This document shows positions 9,104-17,993 of a stretch of DNA of 64,000 bases, in pieces. The DNA is taken from NCBI GenBank assembly GCA_001771185.1, contig METB01000001.1, positions 186,631-250,630 of the forward strand, in the 5' to 3' direction. Source of the DNA: a candidate division Kazan bacterium RIFCSPHIGHO2_01_FULL_44_14. Lineage in GTDB: Bacteria > Patescibacteriota > Kazan-3B-28. Both the position numbers and the translations under genes were made by a program. The notes under the pieces are model-generated. The model was not told the DNA's origin, did not search any database, and saw only the letters and a program-made list of their open reading frames with translations. Positions within the stretch are counted from its first letter, which is position 1. Each line of letters begins with the position of its first letter.

Positions 9104-9745
9104 CTACTGGGATTTGGTCAATACTTCAAGAATCCTAGCCCGAACCGTTTCCAGAGCGTCTTGGAGGTCGGCTTCACTACCGTTATTATTAATAATCAAA
9201 TCGGCCTCATCTTTGCCTGGCTCGACATACAGTTCGTACATCGGTTGAGCCGACGACAAATATTGATTTAAGGATTCTTGGAAACTCCGATCCCGTTCTC
9301 CGACATCCCGCCCTAGCCGACGGGCTAACCGGATGTCCGAATCAACATCGACAAAGATAGTTAAATCGAGCAGGTCACAAACCCGTTTATCGGTCAGAAT
9401 CAGAATGCCTTCAACAATAATTACCGGTTTGGACTCAACCTGCGCCATCACTGGTTTGCGCGTATGGGTCCCGAAGTCGTACTGGGGCATCTCGATCGGC
9501 TTTCCGGCCTTGAGGTCTAATAGATGACGATAAAACAATTCCTCGTCCAGGGATTTTGGTTCGTCATAATTGAGATCTTTGCGACGCTCAAGCGGAACAT
9601 CGCTGCGGTCCTTGTAATAGTTGTCGTGGGAGAAGATTAAAATCTTGGTCGGATTGGCCTTTTGAAGTTCCTTGGCAATATAGGTTTTACCAGAACCAGT
9701 CCCCCCAGCGATACCGATAAAAAACGGTTGGGGAATATTTTCCAT
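9104..9745 (-). CDS. udk: Uridine kinase.
   Basis: P-loop FFIGIAGGTGSGKTYIAKEL and the downstream DNYYKD...IIVEGILIL...FVDVDSDIRLARRLGRD pattern of the Udk/PRK family. Start taken at the internal ATG (MENIPQPF) rather than the longer ORF. Confidence 0.8.
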   Translation of the reverse strand: MENIPQPFFIGIAGGTGSGKTYIAKELQKANPTKILIFSHDNYYKDRSDVPLERRKDLNYDEPKSLDEELFYRHLLDLKAGKPIEMPQYDFGTHTRKPVMAQVESKPVIIVEGILILTDKRVCDLLDLTIFVDVDSDIRLARRLGRDVGERDRSFQESLNQYLSSAQPMYELYVEPGKDEADLIINNNGSEADLQDALETVRARILEVLTKSQ

Positions 9746-9845
9746 GTGTCTATTATGCCATACTTTCCTCTTTACAGAGGAGTTGAACCGGCCTACACTG
9801 GGTCTGCTCTTTGCTAGCGTGTAGTCGCCCCCCACTTTCTGGGCT

Positions 9846-10154
9846 ATGTACTATGTGTACATCTTACAAAGTAGACAGGATGGCAAGTTGTATATTGGCT
9901 ATACAGCCGATTTGCGGTCGCGATTCAGAGAACACAACCAAGGTCTCTCGCAAGCTACTCGCCATCGTCAGCCATTTGATCTCGTCTACTATGAGGCCTT
10001 TAAGGCCAAGAAGGATGCCGTGGTTAGAGAACGGATGATTAAGCAATACAAGCAAGGTTATACCAATCTCAAAAAACGCATCTCAGCAAGCCTTGAACCT
10101 AGAAAGTGGGGGGAGGAAAGTCCGGACACCATTCTAAATCAGGAAAGTCGCTAA
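9846..10154 (+). CDS. Small GIY-YIG nuclease-domain protein (URI/YhbQ-like). Its C-terminal about 20 codons overlap the 5' part of RNase P RNA.
   Basis: MYYVYILQSRQDGKLYIGYTADLRSRFREHN. One of four paralogues in the window. Confidence 0.7.
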   Translation: MYYVYILQSRQDGKLYIGYTADLRSRFREHNQGLSQATRHRQPFDLVYYEAFKAKKDAVVRERMIKQYKQGYTNLKKRISASLEPRKWGEESPDTILNQESR

Positions 10155-10167
10155 CGGCGACCGTTGC

Positions 10168-10297
10168 CAGTGCTTCGCACTGGGAAATTTATCCAATCTC
10201 TCCAATCTGACCAATCTTACCAATCTAAGAAATTAAATTGGCGAAGGTTGGAATAAATTGGATTAAATTGGTTAGATTGACCAATGCGGAGCGTTGG
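10168..10297. repeat. Hairpin element copy 1 inside rnpB (CAGTGCTTCGCACTGG, an AT-rich imperfect palindrome, CCAATGCGGAGCGTTGG).
   Basis: Same architecture and partly identical sequence to 10331-10445 and to the 23S inserts at 42974-43105 and 43741-43893. Confidence 0.7.
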
Positions 10298-10330
10298 TGA
10301 TAGGGAAAGTGCCACAGAGACAATACTAAC

Positions 10331-10445
10331 CAGTGCTTCGCACTGGAATCATCAAATCTCAAAATCCAAATCCCAAACAGATTATTGTTTGATATTTGGT
10401 GCTTGGGACTTGGTATTTCCAACGCGGAGCGTTGGTGAAAGGTGA
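10331..10445. repeat. Hairpin element copy 2 inside rnpB.
   Basis: CAGTGCTTCGCACTGG, an AT-rich palindrome, CCAACGCGGAGCGTTGG; a tandem duplicate of copy 1 with a different interior. Confidence 0.7.
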
Positions 10446-10977
10446 AAAGCAACAGGGTGTTGAAGTGTTGAATGGCGGGTTAATCCCGCCAATCGGCTCC
10501 AAAGCTACCTGTCGGACTCCGTCGTGAGACGGATGTTCTGGCAAACCCTTTCCGGTGCAAGTTGGGCTGGACCGTGTCCGTCAATCGCTTTGGTTTAGAC
10601 GAGGCGGACAAGGACCCTAACGCTTGAGATTAATGGCAACATTAACCCCAGATAGATGACTACTTCACCCACCAAAGTTTTGCTTTCGCAAAATTTAGGC
10701 GGGCAAGACAGAATCCGGCTTACGGCTGGCAAAGAGCATACAAATCAACCACCCTCTGGGGGTGGTTTTTGGTCTAAGACAATTCAGTTTATACTATGGA
10801 TGACTTAATCTTGCTAAAATAACCAAGTTATGCCCCGTAGAGAAATTTAAAATACTCTTGGCCCCAATGTTTTCCTTTGGGCCAAACCATGGGGCAAATC
10901 TCGTCAGTAAATCGTTCTAATATCTGTTAGTGGGCCAATAGCAGAAAAGAAAATATTTCTAAATTCTTCTACGGGAT

Positions 10978-12756
10978 ATGACAAAAACTCAACGCACCAA
11001 AAAGACCGACAAGCATTCTAATCTGTCGCGCATCCGTCATTCGGCTAGCCATATTTTAGCCGAGGCGGTTTTGCGTCTTTATCCAGGAACTAAAATCGGA
11101 TTCGGACCAGCCACTGAAGATGGGTTTTACTATGACTTTGAATTTAAGAAACCAATTACCGACACCAATCTTCCCAAAATCGAGTCCGAAATAATTCGAC
11201 TGATTACCGAAGGCCGGACTTTTAAGCGATCAGTTCAGACCGTTGCCGTCGCCAAGACCTGGGCTAAAAAAATTGACCAGCCCTACAAGGCGGAACAAAT
11301 CGACGAACTAAAACGGACCGGACACAAGCGAATGTCATTTTATACCTCTGGGGATTTTACTGATTTGTGCGAAGGGCCGCATGTAACTTCTACCAAAGAC
11401 ATTGGCGCCCTCAAACTCTTGTCAGTCGCTGGGGCTTATTGGCGAGGTGACGAGAAGAACAAACAGTTGACCAGAATTTACGGGACAGCTTTCGCTACCC
11501 AAAAAGAACTCGAGGAGTACCTGAACATGCTAGAAGAAGCCAAAAAACGCGACCATCGCAAATTGGGCGCCGAGTTAGAACTATTTACTTTTGATGACCG
11601 AGTCGGGCCCGGGCTGCCACTGTGGCTACCGAATGGCACCATTATAGTTGACGAATTAGAACGCTTGGCCAAAGCCACTGAACTGACTGCCGGATACAAA
11701 CAGGTTCGCACTCCTCACATTGCCAAGCAATCAATGTATCTGACCAGCGGTCATCTCCCTTATTACGAAGACAGTATGTTCCCGCCAATGGAATTCGAGG
11801 GTGACCGATACTACCTTAAAGCAATGAACTGCCCACATCATCACACCATTTTTGGGAGTAGTCCAAAAAGTTATCGCGACCTTCCTCTACGGCTAGCTGA
11901 ATATGGCACTTGTTATCGTTATGAAAAGTCCGGGGAATTGTTTGGTTTAATGCGAGTCAGAATGTTATCAATGAATGATGCCCACATTTACTGCACCCCC
12001 GAACAGTTCGCCGACGAATTTCGAGCCGTGAACGAAATGTATCTCAAATATTTCAAACTGTTTGGGATTAAAAAATACATCATGCGGTTCTCAACTCATT
12101 CAAAAGCAGGTTTGGGCAAAAAATATGTAGATGAACCGAAATTGTGGAAAGCCACCGAAGACATGGTGAGGCGGGTATTAAAGGATTCGAAAGTCCCATT
12201 TGTTGAAGTGGCCAACGAAGCCGCTTTTTACGGGCCGAAAATTGATGTGCAGGTTTGGAGCGCAATCGGAAAAGAACTCACTTTAGCCACTAACCAAGTT
12301 GATTTCGCTCAACCTCGGCGCTTCAACTTAACCTACACCGACAAACAGGGTAAACCCCAAACCCCGCTGTGTATTCATCGGGCTCCCCTATCCACCCATG
12401 AGCGATTTATCGGCTTTTTAATCGAACATTACGCTGGGATTTTCCCGCTCTGGCTGGCGCCAATCCAGGCCAAGATTCTCCCGATTAGCGAACGGCATCT
12501 AACTTACGCCAAACAGATTGCAAACCAACTTTTGGCTGGTGGCATCCGAGTCGAAGTTGATACTCGCGGAGAATCAGTCGGCAAACAAATTCGAGAGGCC
12601 GAAATGCACAAAGTCCCCTACATGTTAATCGTTGGAGACAAAGAGAAATCGGCCAAGACCGTTTCAGTCCGGCATTTGACCAAAGATGATTTGGGACCAA
12701 TGGCAATTAGCAAACTAATTAAATTATTGGGGGATGAAATTACCAGCCGGAACTAA
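10978..12756 (+). CDS. thrS: Threonyl-tRNA synthetase.
   Basis: Class II aaRS motifs with the ThrRS signature (NCPHHHTIF, RLAEYGTCYRYE, HRAPLSTHERFIGFLIEHY) and a C-terminal anticodon-binding domain. Confidence 0.95.
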   Translation: MTKTQRTKKTDKHSNLSRIRHSASHILAEAVLRLYPGTKIGFGPATEDGFYYDFEFKKPITDTNLPKIESEIIRLITEGRTFKRSVQTVAVAKTWAKKIDQPYKAEQIDELKRTGHKRMSFYTSGDFTDLCEGPHVTSTKDIGALKLLSVAGAYWRGDEKNKQLTRIYGTAFATQKELEEYLNMLEEAKKRDHRKLGAELELFTFDDRVGPGLPLWLPNGTIIVDELERLAKATELTAGYKQVRTPHIAKQSMYLTSGHLPYYEDSMFPPMEFEGDRYYLKAMNCPHHHTIFGSSPKSYRDLPLRLAEYGTCYRYEKSGELFGLMRVRMLSMNDAHIYCTPEQFADEFRAVNEMYLKYFKLFGIKKYIMRFSTHSKAGLGKKYVDEPKLWKATEDMVRRVLKDSKVPFVEVANEAAFYGPKIDVQVWSAIGKELTLATNQVDFAQPRRFNLTYTDKQGKPQTPLCIHRAPLSTHERFIGFLIEHYAGIFPLWLAPIQAKILPISERHLTYAKQIANQLLAGGIRVEVDTRGESVGKQIREAEMHKVPYMLIVGDKEKSAKTVSVRHLTKDDLGPMAISKLIKLLGDEITSRN

Positions 12757-12888
12757 ACGGGGTGAGATTGTCACCCGAACTGATAAACGCGCCGACAAAA
12801 AACGGCGGGCTCACCATTTGACCGACAACCGTAAATCGGTTCGACTGATTGCCAAGCAGAGTATCCAACCTCGTTCAAAGTAGATTGT

Positions 12889-14745
12889 ATGGCCCGGAAG
12901 AATTCACTAAAATTATCTATTCCCAACAACCTAGTGGCATTAACTACCCAGGAAATTATAGCCATGAGTTTTGGGTTTCTGCTTTTACTAACTCCTTTGC
13001 TTAGTACTGGCCTGGCTCCCTTTTCTGGTGTCTACGATCAGAATATGTGGATACTGGTTGCAACCGGCACATTCCTAGTGGTCGGGCTGCTGCAATGGCT
13101 CCGGTTGTCCCAACGGTCATTTCAATGGAATTTAATTGATCTTTTGGCTCTTGGCTGGGGAATTTGGCTACTAATAACTACTCTCACCTCGATTAATCCA
13201 ACTGACAGTTGGTTCGGCGGTGTCCATCGCACCGGCAGTTTATCGCATTGGTTGGCGCTATTAACCATCTATTTTTTGATGCGCCGATTGGTACCATCAT
13301 TCAGCTCGGTATGGCAGACACTACAAACCACGATTATTTATTCGGGTACGGCAGTTGCTATTGTCGGCTTGGCCAAACTTGCACTTGGGACACAGACCAG
13401 TCCGGAATTAATCGGGTTGCTTGGCAATCAAAACTTCACCGCTTATTACCTAGCAATTACTTTAGTAACCACTTATGTTTATTGGCTGACCAACCGCTTG
13501 AATTGGCGCGACCCCGCCATTCTGGCATTGCTCATTCAAGTAGTTGCTATTTGGTACACCAATGCCAAGTGGATATATTTCATAGTGCCAGTGATTCTAG
13601 TTGTAATTTTAATTGTCGCAATCCGTCATCTCCATATACACCGTGCTAAACAGTGGTTAACTGCTGGTCTCGTAGGTGCTGGCGTTATAACAATATTGGG
13701 CAGTTTTTGGCTGGATGGCCAGGCCTACTTCAACTTTAATTTCTTTTCGTTCACTAACCGGCTCCATGCTTGGGAAGTATCCTGGCAAGCCAGTTTAGAT
13801 CGGCCACTCTTTGGCTGGGGATTGGAAAATTACGATAATGCTTTCCAAGCTAACTTTCAACCGAAGTTTGAAGATGCAGTTGGCTCAACCGAAACTTTAG
13901 ATCGGGCTCATAATTTCATTTTTGATTATCTGGTGTTTACTGGTTGGCTAGGATTAATTTTGTTATTAACTTGGCTAGGGATGGCCATTGCGATTGGTTG
14001 GCAACACATCGGTAAAAATCCTTTAGCCATCTGGGCAATTGGTGTAGTAATAACTTACATCTGCATCAATCTGCTAGGATATGAGACCATCGCCACGACT
14101 GCGCTATTAATGTTAGCGCTAGCTTATTTAGGCACTTTATCTAAACCAATTTTCACGATGCCAACTCGATTAATCCATCCTTATGTTGGCCTAGTTGGTA
14201 TAGCGTTAACCATAGTATTAACAATGCAGTTTGTGATTATGCCGTGGATAGCCACTCGCAGGGCTTGGCAGAGTGCACTCCAATTTGACTTAACTAAGTT
14301 CAATAATGCCCTAGAGATTGCCCCCTATTTAAAACCGGAATTGGCTTACTACTTAATCGTCCCAGCTTACTTTCCAACTGAAGATATGACGCCCGAGTTC
14401 GCTGGTAGATTAGCCAATTACCTAGAACAAATCAAAGGGCATCGCGATGATCAGCCAGGTTATCATCTGGCAATCGTGAAGGCCTGGGAAATGTCTAATT
14501 CACCCAATCGGCTCCAAAAGATGAAGAATAATCTCGTAGCCGGAATGGCAACCTATGACAACAATAACGGTTACTACTGGGCATTCTTGTCGGCAATCGA
14601 ATTAAAACTTGGCAATACCGAATCTGCTTTATCTGCCATCGAGCGAGCCAAACAACTCAATCCCAACTCCAAATTCACAGCCGACACCGAGGCATATATT
14701 CTGTCGACCATCAACGAACAGCCCACCACCGATGACACGACTTAA
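12889..14745 (+). CDS. O-antigen ligase / Wzy_C-family polytopic membrane protein with C-terminal TPR-like repeats.
   Basis: At least ten TM helices, the Wzy_C signature RAHNFIFDYLVFTGWLGL, and C-terminal helical repeats (AIERAKQLNPN...). Confidence 0.65.
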   Translation: MARKNSLKLSIPNNLVALTTQEIIAMSFGFLLLLTPLLSTGLAPFSGVYDQNMWILVATGTFLVVGLLQWLRLSQRSFQWNLIDLLALGWGIWLLITTLTSINPTDSWFGGVHRTGSLSHWLALLTIYFLMRRLVPSFSSVWQTLQTTIIYSGTAVAIVGLAKLALGTQTSPELIGLLGNQNFTAYYLAITLVTTYVYWLTNRLNWRDPAILALLIQVVAIWYTNAKWIYFIVPVILVVILIVAIRHLHIHRAKQWLTAGLVGAGVITILGSFWLDGQAYFNFNFFSFTNRLHAWEVSWQASLDRPLFGWGLENYDNAFQANFQPKFEDAVGSTETLDRAHNFIFDYLVFTGWLGLILLLTWLGMAIAIGWQHIGKNPLAIWAIGVVITYICINLLGYETIATTALLMLALAYLGTLSKPIFTMPTRLIHPYVGLVGIALTIVLTMQFVIMPWIATRRAWQSALQFDLTKFNNALEIAPYLKPELAYYLIVPAYFPTEDMTPEFAGRLANYLEQIKGHRDDQPGYHLAIVKAWEMSNSPNRLQKMKNNLVAGMATYDNNNGYYWAFLSAIELKLGNTESALSAIERAKQLNPNSKFTADTEAYILSTINEQPTTDDTT

Positions 14746-15634
14746 ACTCGTTGCCATCGTTGGCCCAACCGCATCTGGCAAATCGGCGTGGGGAGTTAAA
14801 TTGGCCAAACAGTTTAACGGGGTAATTATTTCGGCCGACTCTAGACAGATTTATAAGGGATGCAACATTGCCACCGCCAAAATTACCCCGGCCGAAATGA
14901 TGGGTGTCCCCCATTATATGTTAAGTGCGGTTCGGCCCAATATCAGTTTTAATGTGGCCTCCTATCAAAAAACGGTTTATCGTTTGCTCGACAAACTTCG
15001 TTGGCGGAACCGACTAACTCGCCGGACCATTGTCCCGTTTTTGGTTGGTGGAACTGGTTTGTATATTTCTGCCATCACCGATGGTTACCGCCTGCCAAAC
15101 ATTCCGCCCAATCCAAAACTAAGAGCCCAGCTCGAATTAAAGTCGTCTGAAGAATTGGTTAATCAACTGCACCAGCTTGACCCCGACTCGACGACTGATA
15201 AGCAAAATAAACGCCGAGTTATTCGGGCGCTAGAAATTTTGCTTGGCGGAGGCAGTCGTCCCCCAAAATCCCAACCCGATTTTGAGGTTTTAAAAATTGG
15301 GATTAAACTCTCCCGAGAACGGATTTATAAAAATATCGAACAACGCATTCGTCAGTTGGACTGGAACGCATTAGTGAAAGAGACGAAAAAATTAATCCGA
15401 GCTAGATTAGATTTCTCAAGTAATCCTTTAACCGCCATTTATTATCGTCCAGTGCGTGATTTCATTGAGGGGAAAACGACTCAAGACCAGACCATTACCA
15501 AACTAATCCAGGGCGATAAAAATTACGCCAAGCGGCAACTAACTTGGTTCAAAAAAGATTCCCAAATTCATTGGGTCACAACTTTAAATCAGGCGGAGCG
15601 ATTGGTGAGGAAGTTTCTGAATGAATCGAATTAG
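14732..15634 (+). CDS. miaA: tRNA dimethylallyltransferase.
   Basis: LKLVAIVGPTASGKSAWGVKLAKQFNGVIISADSRQIYKG. Start taken at the internal ATG (MTRLKL), overlapping the upstream stop by 14 nt. Confidence 0.85.
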   Translation: MTRLKLVAIVGPTASGKSAWGVKLAKQFNGVIISADSRQIYKGCNIATAKITPAEMMGVPHYMLSAVRPNISFNVASYQKTVYRLLDKLRWRNRLTRRTIVPFLVGGTGLYISAITDGYRLPNIPPNPKLRAQLELKSSEELVNQLHQLDPDSTTDKQNKRRVIRALEILLGGGSRPPKSQPDFEVLKIGIKLSRERIYKNIEQRIRQLDWNALVKETKKLIRARLDFSSNPLTAIYYRPVRDFIEGKTTQDQTITKLIQGDKNYAKRQLTWFKKDSQIHWVTTLNQAERLVRKFLNESN

Positions 15635-16400
15635 TTTCAGTCCGCCGAACCGCCGGTGACTGCTGAATGTAACCAACCTTTCGGTACTTACCGTGGAGTT
15701 TATTCCAGGTGATTTTAAATAAGTCCCTCAAGGTCCGCAGGGCTTCTCGGCCGGTTCTGACTCTAGTATCAAAATCGTTGTACCAATTGATTCCCACTTC
15801 TTTAAATTGATAGTCCAATTGACGGGCGATGGCGAAGGCCTCAATGTCGAAACCAAATCGGGTCAGTCGAACATTGGCAAAAATATTTTGACCAGCGTTG
15901 CGTTCAAACAATTTAAATCCACACTGGGTATCCCACACCCCCGGCACGGCCATCGTCCGAATCAATAAATTAGACAAGCGCGAAAGAATAATTCGGTGTC
16001 TGGCTTGGGCAATATGAACCTGGGCACCAAAACAATAACGAGAGCCAAATACGATTGGATATGTTTTGATATATGGCCAAAATTTTTCCAGCTCTTCAAT
16101 TGGCGTAGCGTTGTCGGCATCAGCGAACAGCACATACTGACCGCGAGCAGACAACATTCCGCGTTTTACCACCGCACCCTTGCCCTGGTTGTGTAAAGCC
16201 GTTAGCAACCGAAGTTGTGGCCACCCTTCGGCAATAATATTTACAATTTCTCTAGTCGTATCGCTACTGCCATCGTCTGATACGATTACTTCGTAAGCAT
16301 AATTTTGGGCATCGAAATATCGCCGGAATTTGGCTAAAGTTTTTCCGATTCGTCGCTCTTCGTTATAGGCCGGAATAACAACCGAGAGATAGAGTTCCAT
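15576..16400 (-). CDS. Glycosyltransferase family 2 (Dpm1/GtrB-like polyprenyl-phosphate sugar transferase).
   Basis: LSVVIPAYNEE...VIVSDDGSSDTT. It ends in TGA and overlaps miaA convergently by about 59 nt. Confidence 0.85.
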   Translation of the reverse strand: MELYLSVVIPAYNEERRIGKTLAKFRRYFDAQNYAYEVIVSDDGSSDTTREIVNIIAEGWPQLRLLTALHNQGKGAVVKRGMLSARGQYVLFADADNATPIEELEKFWPYIKTYPIVFGSRYCFGAQVHIAQARHRIILSRLSNLLIRTMAVPGVWDTQCGFKLFERNAGQNIFANVRLTRFGFDIEAFAIARQLDYQFKEVGINWYNDFDTRVRTGREALRTLRDLFKITWNKLHGKYRKVGYIQQSPAVRRTETNSIHSETSSPIAPPDLKL

Positions 16401-16647
16401 ATGTATATTTTATGTCATTCTGAGTCCGTCAGCTGATGGACGAAGAATCTAGGCATGAGCCGTCCCGGATAGCCGGGACTAGATCCCACCGCCTTCAGGG
16501 GGTCTCGCCAGAGGCGGATTACTTCGTTCTGCCCCAATGGGGCCCCTTCGGGGCTAGATAGCAGGACTACGGAAGGATCTGTGATGAAAAGTTATGGTAG
16601 GCCTTCGGTTCTGCCGTACAGCAGGCAGGTCAGCGTCTCATACCTCC

Positions 16648-16737
16648 CGTCATGCTGAACTCGTTTCAGCATCTCATATTTCACGTCATGCTGAACTTGC
16701 GATGTCCCGAGTTTACCGAGGGGTTTCAGCATCTCGA
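16648..16737. repeat. Hairpin repeats (GTCATGCTGAAC...GTTCAGCATC) overlapping the 3' end of the GIY-YIG pseudogene.
   Basis: Same family as 6153-6203, 17015-17065 and 20143-20252. Confidence 0.7.
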
Positions 16738-17006
16738 ACCAAATCTTTCCATTTAGGGTTACTTGCTTCTATTAGATTAATTTTCCACTGCCGGTGCCAA
16801 TTTTTAAGCTGTTTCTCTCTTTGAATCGCTTTGGCAATGTCAGAGTATTCTTCCAAATATACCAAATGATACAGACGATATCTTTGAGGAAAAGATAGGG
16901 TGGTCCTGGAATGTAAATCGAGTCAATTTTCAATTCCGCTGGTCACTCCAATATACAGTGTGCCACGGGGTTTATTGGTAAGAATATAAACAAATCCTAC
17001 TTTCAT
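16713..17006 (-). pseudogene. GIY-YIG nuclease gene interrupted by an in-frame TGA at codon 28 (rc TCA at 16923-16925). The N-terminal 27 aa and C-terminal 69 aa are in the same frame.
   Basis: Minus-strand translation gives MKVGFVYILTNKPRGTLYIGVTSGIEN*LDLHSRTTLSFPQRYRLYHLVYLEEYSDIAKAIQREKQLKNWHRQWKINLIEASNPKWKDLVRDAETPR*. Both halves align to the intact paralogue at 17620-17904. Confidence 0.6.
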
Positions 17007-17014
17007 CGGGTATA

Positions 17015-17065
17015 GATCCCGAAACCCCTCGGCGGGCTCGGGACATCGCAAGTTCGGGATGACAT
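17015..17065. repeat. Hairpin repeat copy (GATCCCGAAACCCCTCGGCGGGCTCGGGACATCGCAAGTTCGGGATGAC).
   Basis: An inverted copy of the 16683-16737 sequence with a few substitutions. Confidence 0.7.
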
Positions 17066-17070
17066 TATAG

Positions 17071-17478
17071 TTATTTCTTAAAAATAAGTAGTTTAGGAGC
17101 CAAAAAGTTCCATAAGAAAATGACTCCAATCGAAAGAATTTTGACAAGATTGACATCCCATCCAAATATTATACTTAGAATATAAATAAAGGTATTTGAA
17201 ATTCCCACTCCCACCGTGACCACGACCAAATAAAACGGTAATTGAGTTTTCCAATTTCCTTCCGTATCACCAAAAGTCCATAATTTATTCCAAACAAAAC
17301 CATTAGTTGCCGCAATCAAAAACGCCACAGTATTAGCAAGAATAATCTGCCAGTGGAAATACAAAAACAAATTCAACAAGCCGATATCAATAGCGGTATT
17401 TACGATACCAACTGTGGCAAATCTTAAAAATTGACGTAGTATGACGGAATTTAGAATTTGGAATTTGGAATTTAGCAT
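17071..17478 (-). CDS. GtrA-family membrane protein (polysaccharide-synthesis associated).
   Basis: FLRFATVGIVNTAIDIGLLNLFLYF...FVWNKLWTF. The 5' end lies in a (GAATTTR)n heptamer repeat, so the exact start is uncertain. Confidence 0.7.
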   Translation of the reverse strand: MLNSKFQILNSVILRQFLRFATVGIVNTAIDIGLLNLFLYFHWQIILANTVAFLIAATNGFVWNKLWTFGDTEGNWKTQLPFYLVVVTVGVGISNTFIYILSIIFGWDVNLVKILSIGVIFLWNFLAPKLLIFKK

Positions 17479-17491
17479 TAGAACTTTATTT

Positions 17492-17610
17492 TTGTCATCC
17501 CGAGCATTACCCTCTTGTCATCCCGAACATTACCTTCTTGTCATTCCGAGTGTTACCCTCTTGTCATCCCGAGTGTTACCCTCTTGTCATCCCGAGCGTA
17601 GTCGAGGGAT
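17492..17610. repeat. Tandem repeat of about 4.5 x 23 bp (TTGTCATCCCGAGCATTACCCTC).
   Basis: Units read directly at 17492, 17515, 17538, 17561 and 17584. The last unit merges into the inverted repeat that flanks the GIY-YIG gene. Confidence 0.85.
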
Positions 17611-17619
17611 CTATTATCT

Positions 17620-17904
17620 TTATTCCCATTGCATTGATATATCCTCCCATCCTGGATTCATCCGTTGAATCAAGGTCTCTTTCTTACTACGACGCCAACC
17701 TTTAAACTGCTTTTCGCGTGCAATAGCAGATTCCACATCCAAACAAGATTCAAAGTAAACTAATTGTTGAGTTTTGTATTTTGACGAGAATCCAGGGATC
17801 AATTCGTGTTCATGTTCGTACGCTCGTCTGTTTAAATCATTGGTAACACCGACATACAACACTCCTGAACGACTGGCCATAATATAGACATAGTATTCTT
17901 TCAT
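17620..17904 (-). CDS. Small GIY-YIG nuclease-domain protein, flanked by imperfect inverted repeats.
   Basis: MKEYYVYIMASRSGVLYVGVTNDLNRRAYEHE. Flanks are GTCATCCCGAGCGTAGTCGAGGGATC (17587-17612) and rc CTTGTCATTCTGAGCGAAGCGTTAGCGGAGTCG (17915-17955). Confidence 0.75.
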   Translation of the reverse strand: MKEYYVYIMASRSGVLYVGVTNDLNRRAYEHEHELIPGFSSKYKTQQLVYFESCLDVESAIAREKQFKGWRRSKKETLIQRMNPGWEDISMQWE

Positions 17905-17993
17905 TATAAGATTCTTCGACTCCGCTAACGCTTCGCTCAGAATGACAAGAGGGACATATTTTTTCCTATATTCTAGATTCTAAATTCCAAATT

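Larger units (their letters stand above)
10080..10790 (+). ncRNA. rnpB: RNase P RNA (bacterial type A-like), about 700 nt, enlarged by two tandem hairpin-element insertions.
   Basis: P4 5' strand GGAGGAAAGTCCGGACACC (10098-10116); P9-P11-like GTGCCACAGAGACAA and GGTGAAAGGTGAAAAGCAACAGGGTG; P4 3' strand ACAGAATCCGGCTTACGG (10706-10724); a 3' terminator hairpin ACCACCCTCTGGGGGTGGTTTTT. The 5' and 3' ends are approximate. Confidence 0.6.

Noticed and set aside
10800-10977. A T-box or other leader riboswitch upstream of thrS.
   Set aside because: No T-box consensus (AATTAGGGTGGNACCGCG) or specifier-loop architecture is visible; only short hairpins.
16923-16925. Genetic code 25 (UGA read as Gly), given an in-frame TGA and only RF1 visible.
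   Set aside because: Several confident genes in the window terminate with TGA (GT2 at 15576, prfA at 59832, prmC, the lipid kinase at 1331). All long conserved genes are intact under the standard code with no internal TGA. RF2 may simply lie outside the window.
17492-17610. A CRISPR array (regular 23-bp repeats).
   Set aside because: The units are directly tandem with no spacers; there are no cas genes. It is a simple tandem repeat of the GTCATCCCGAGC element family.
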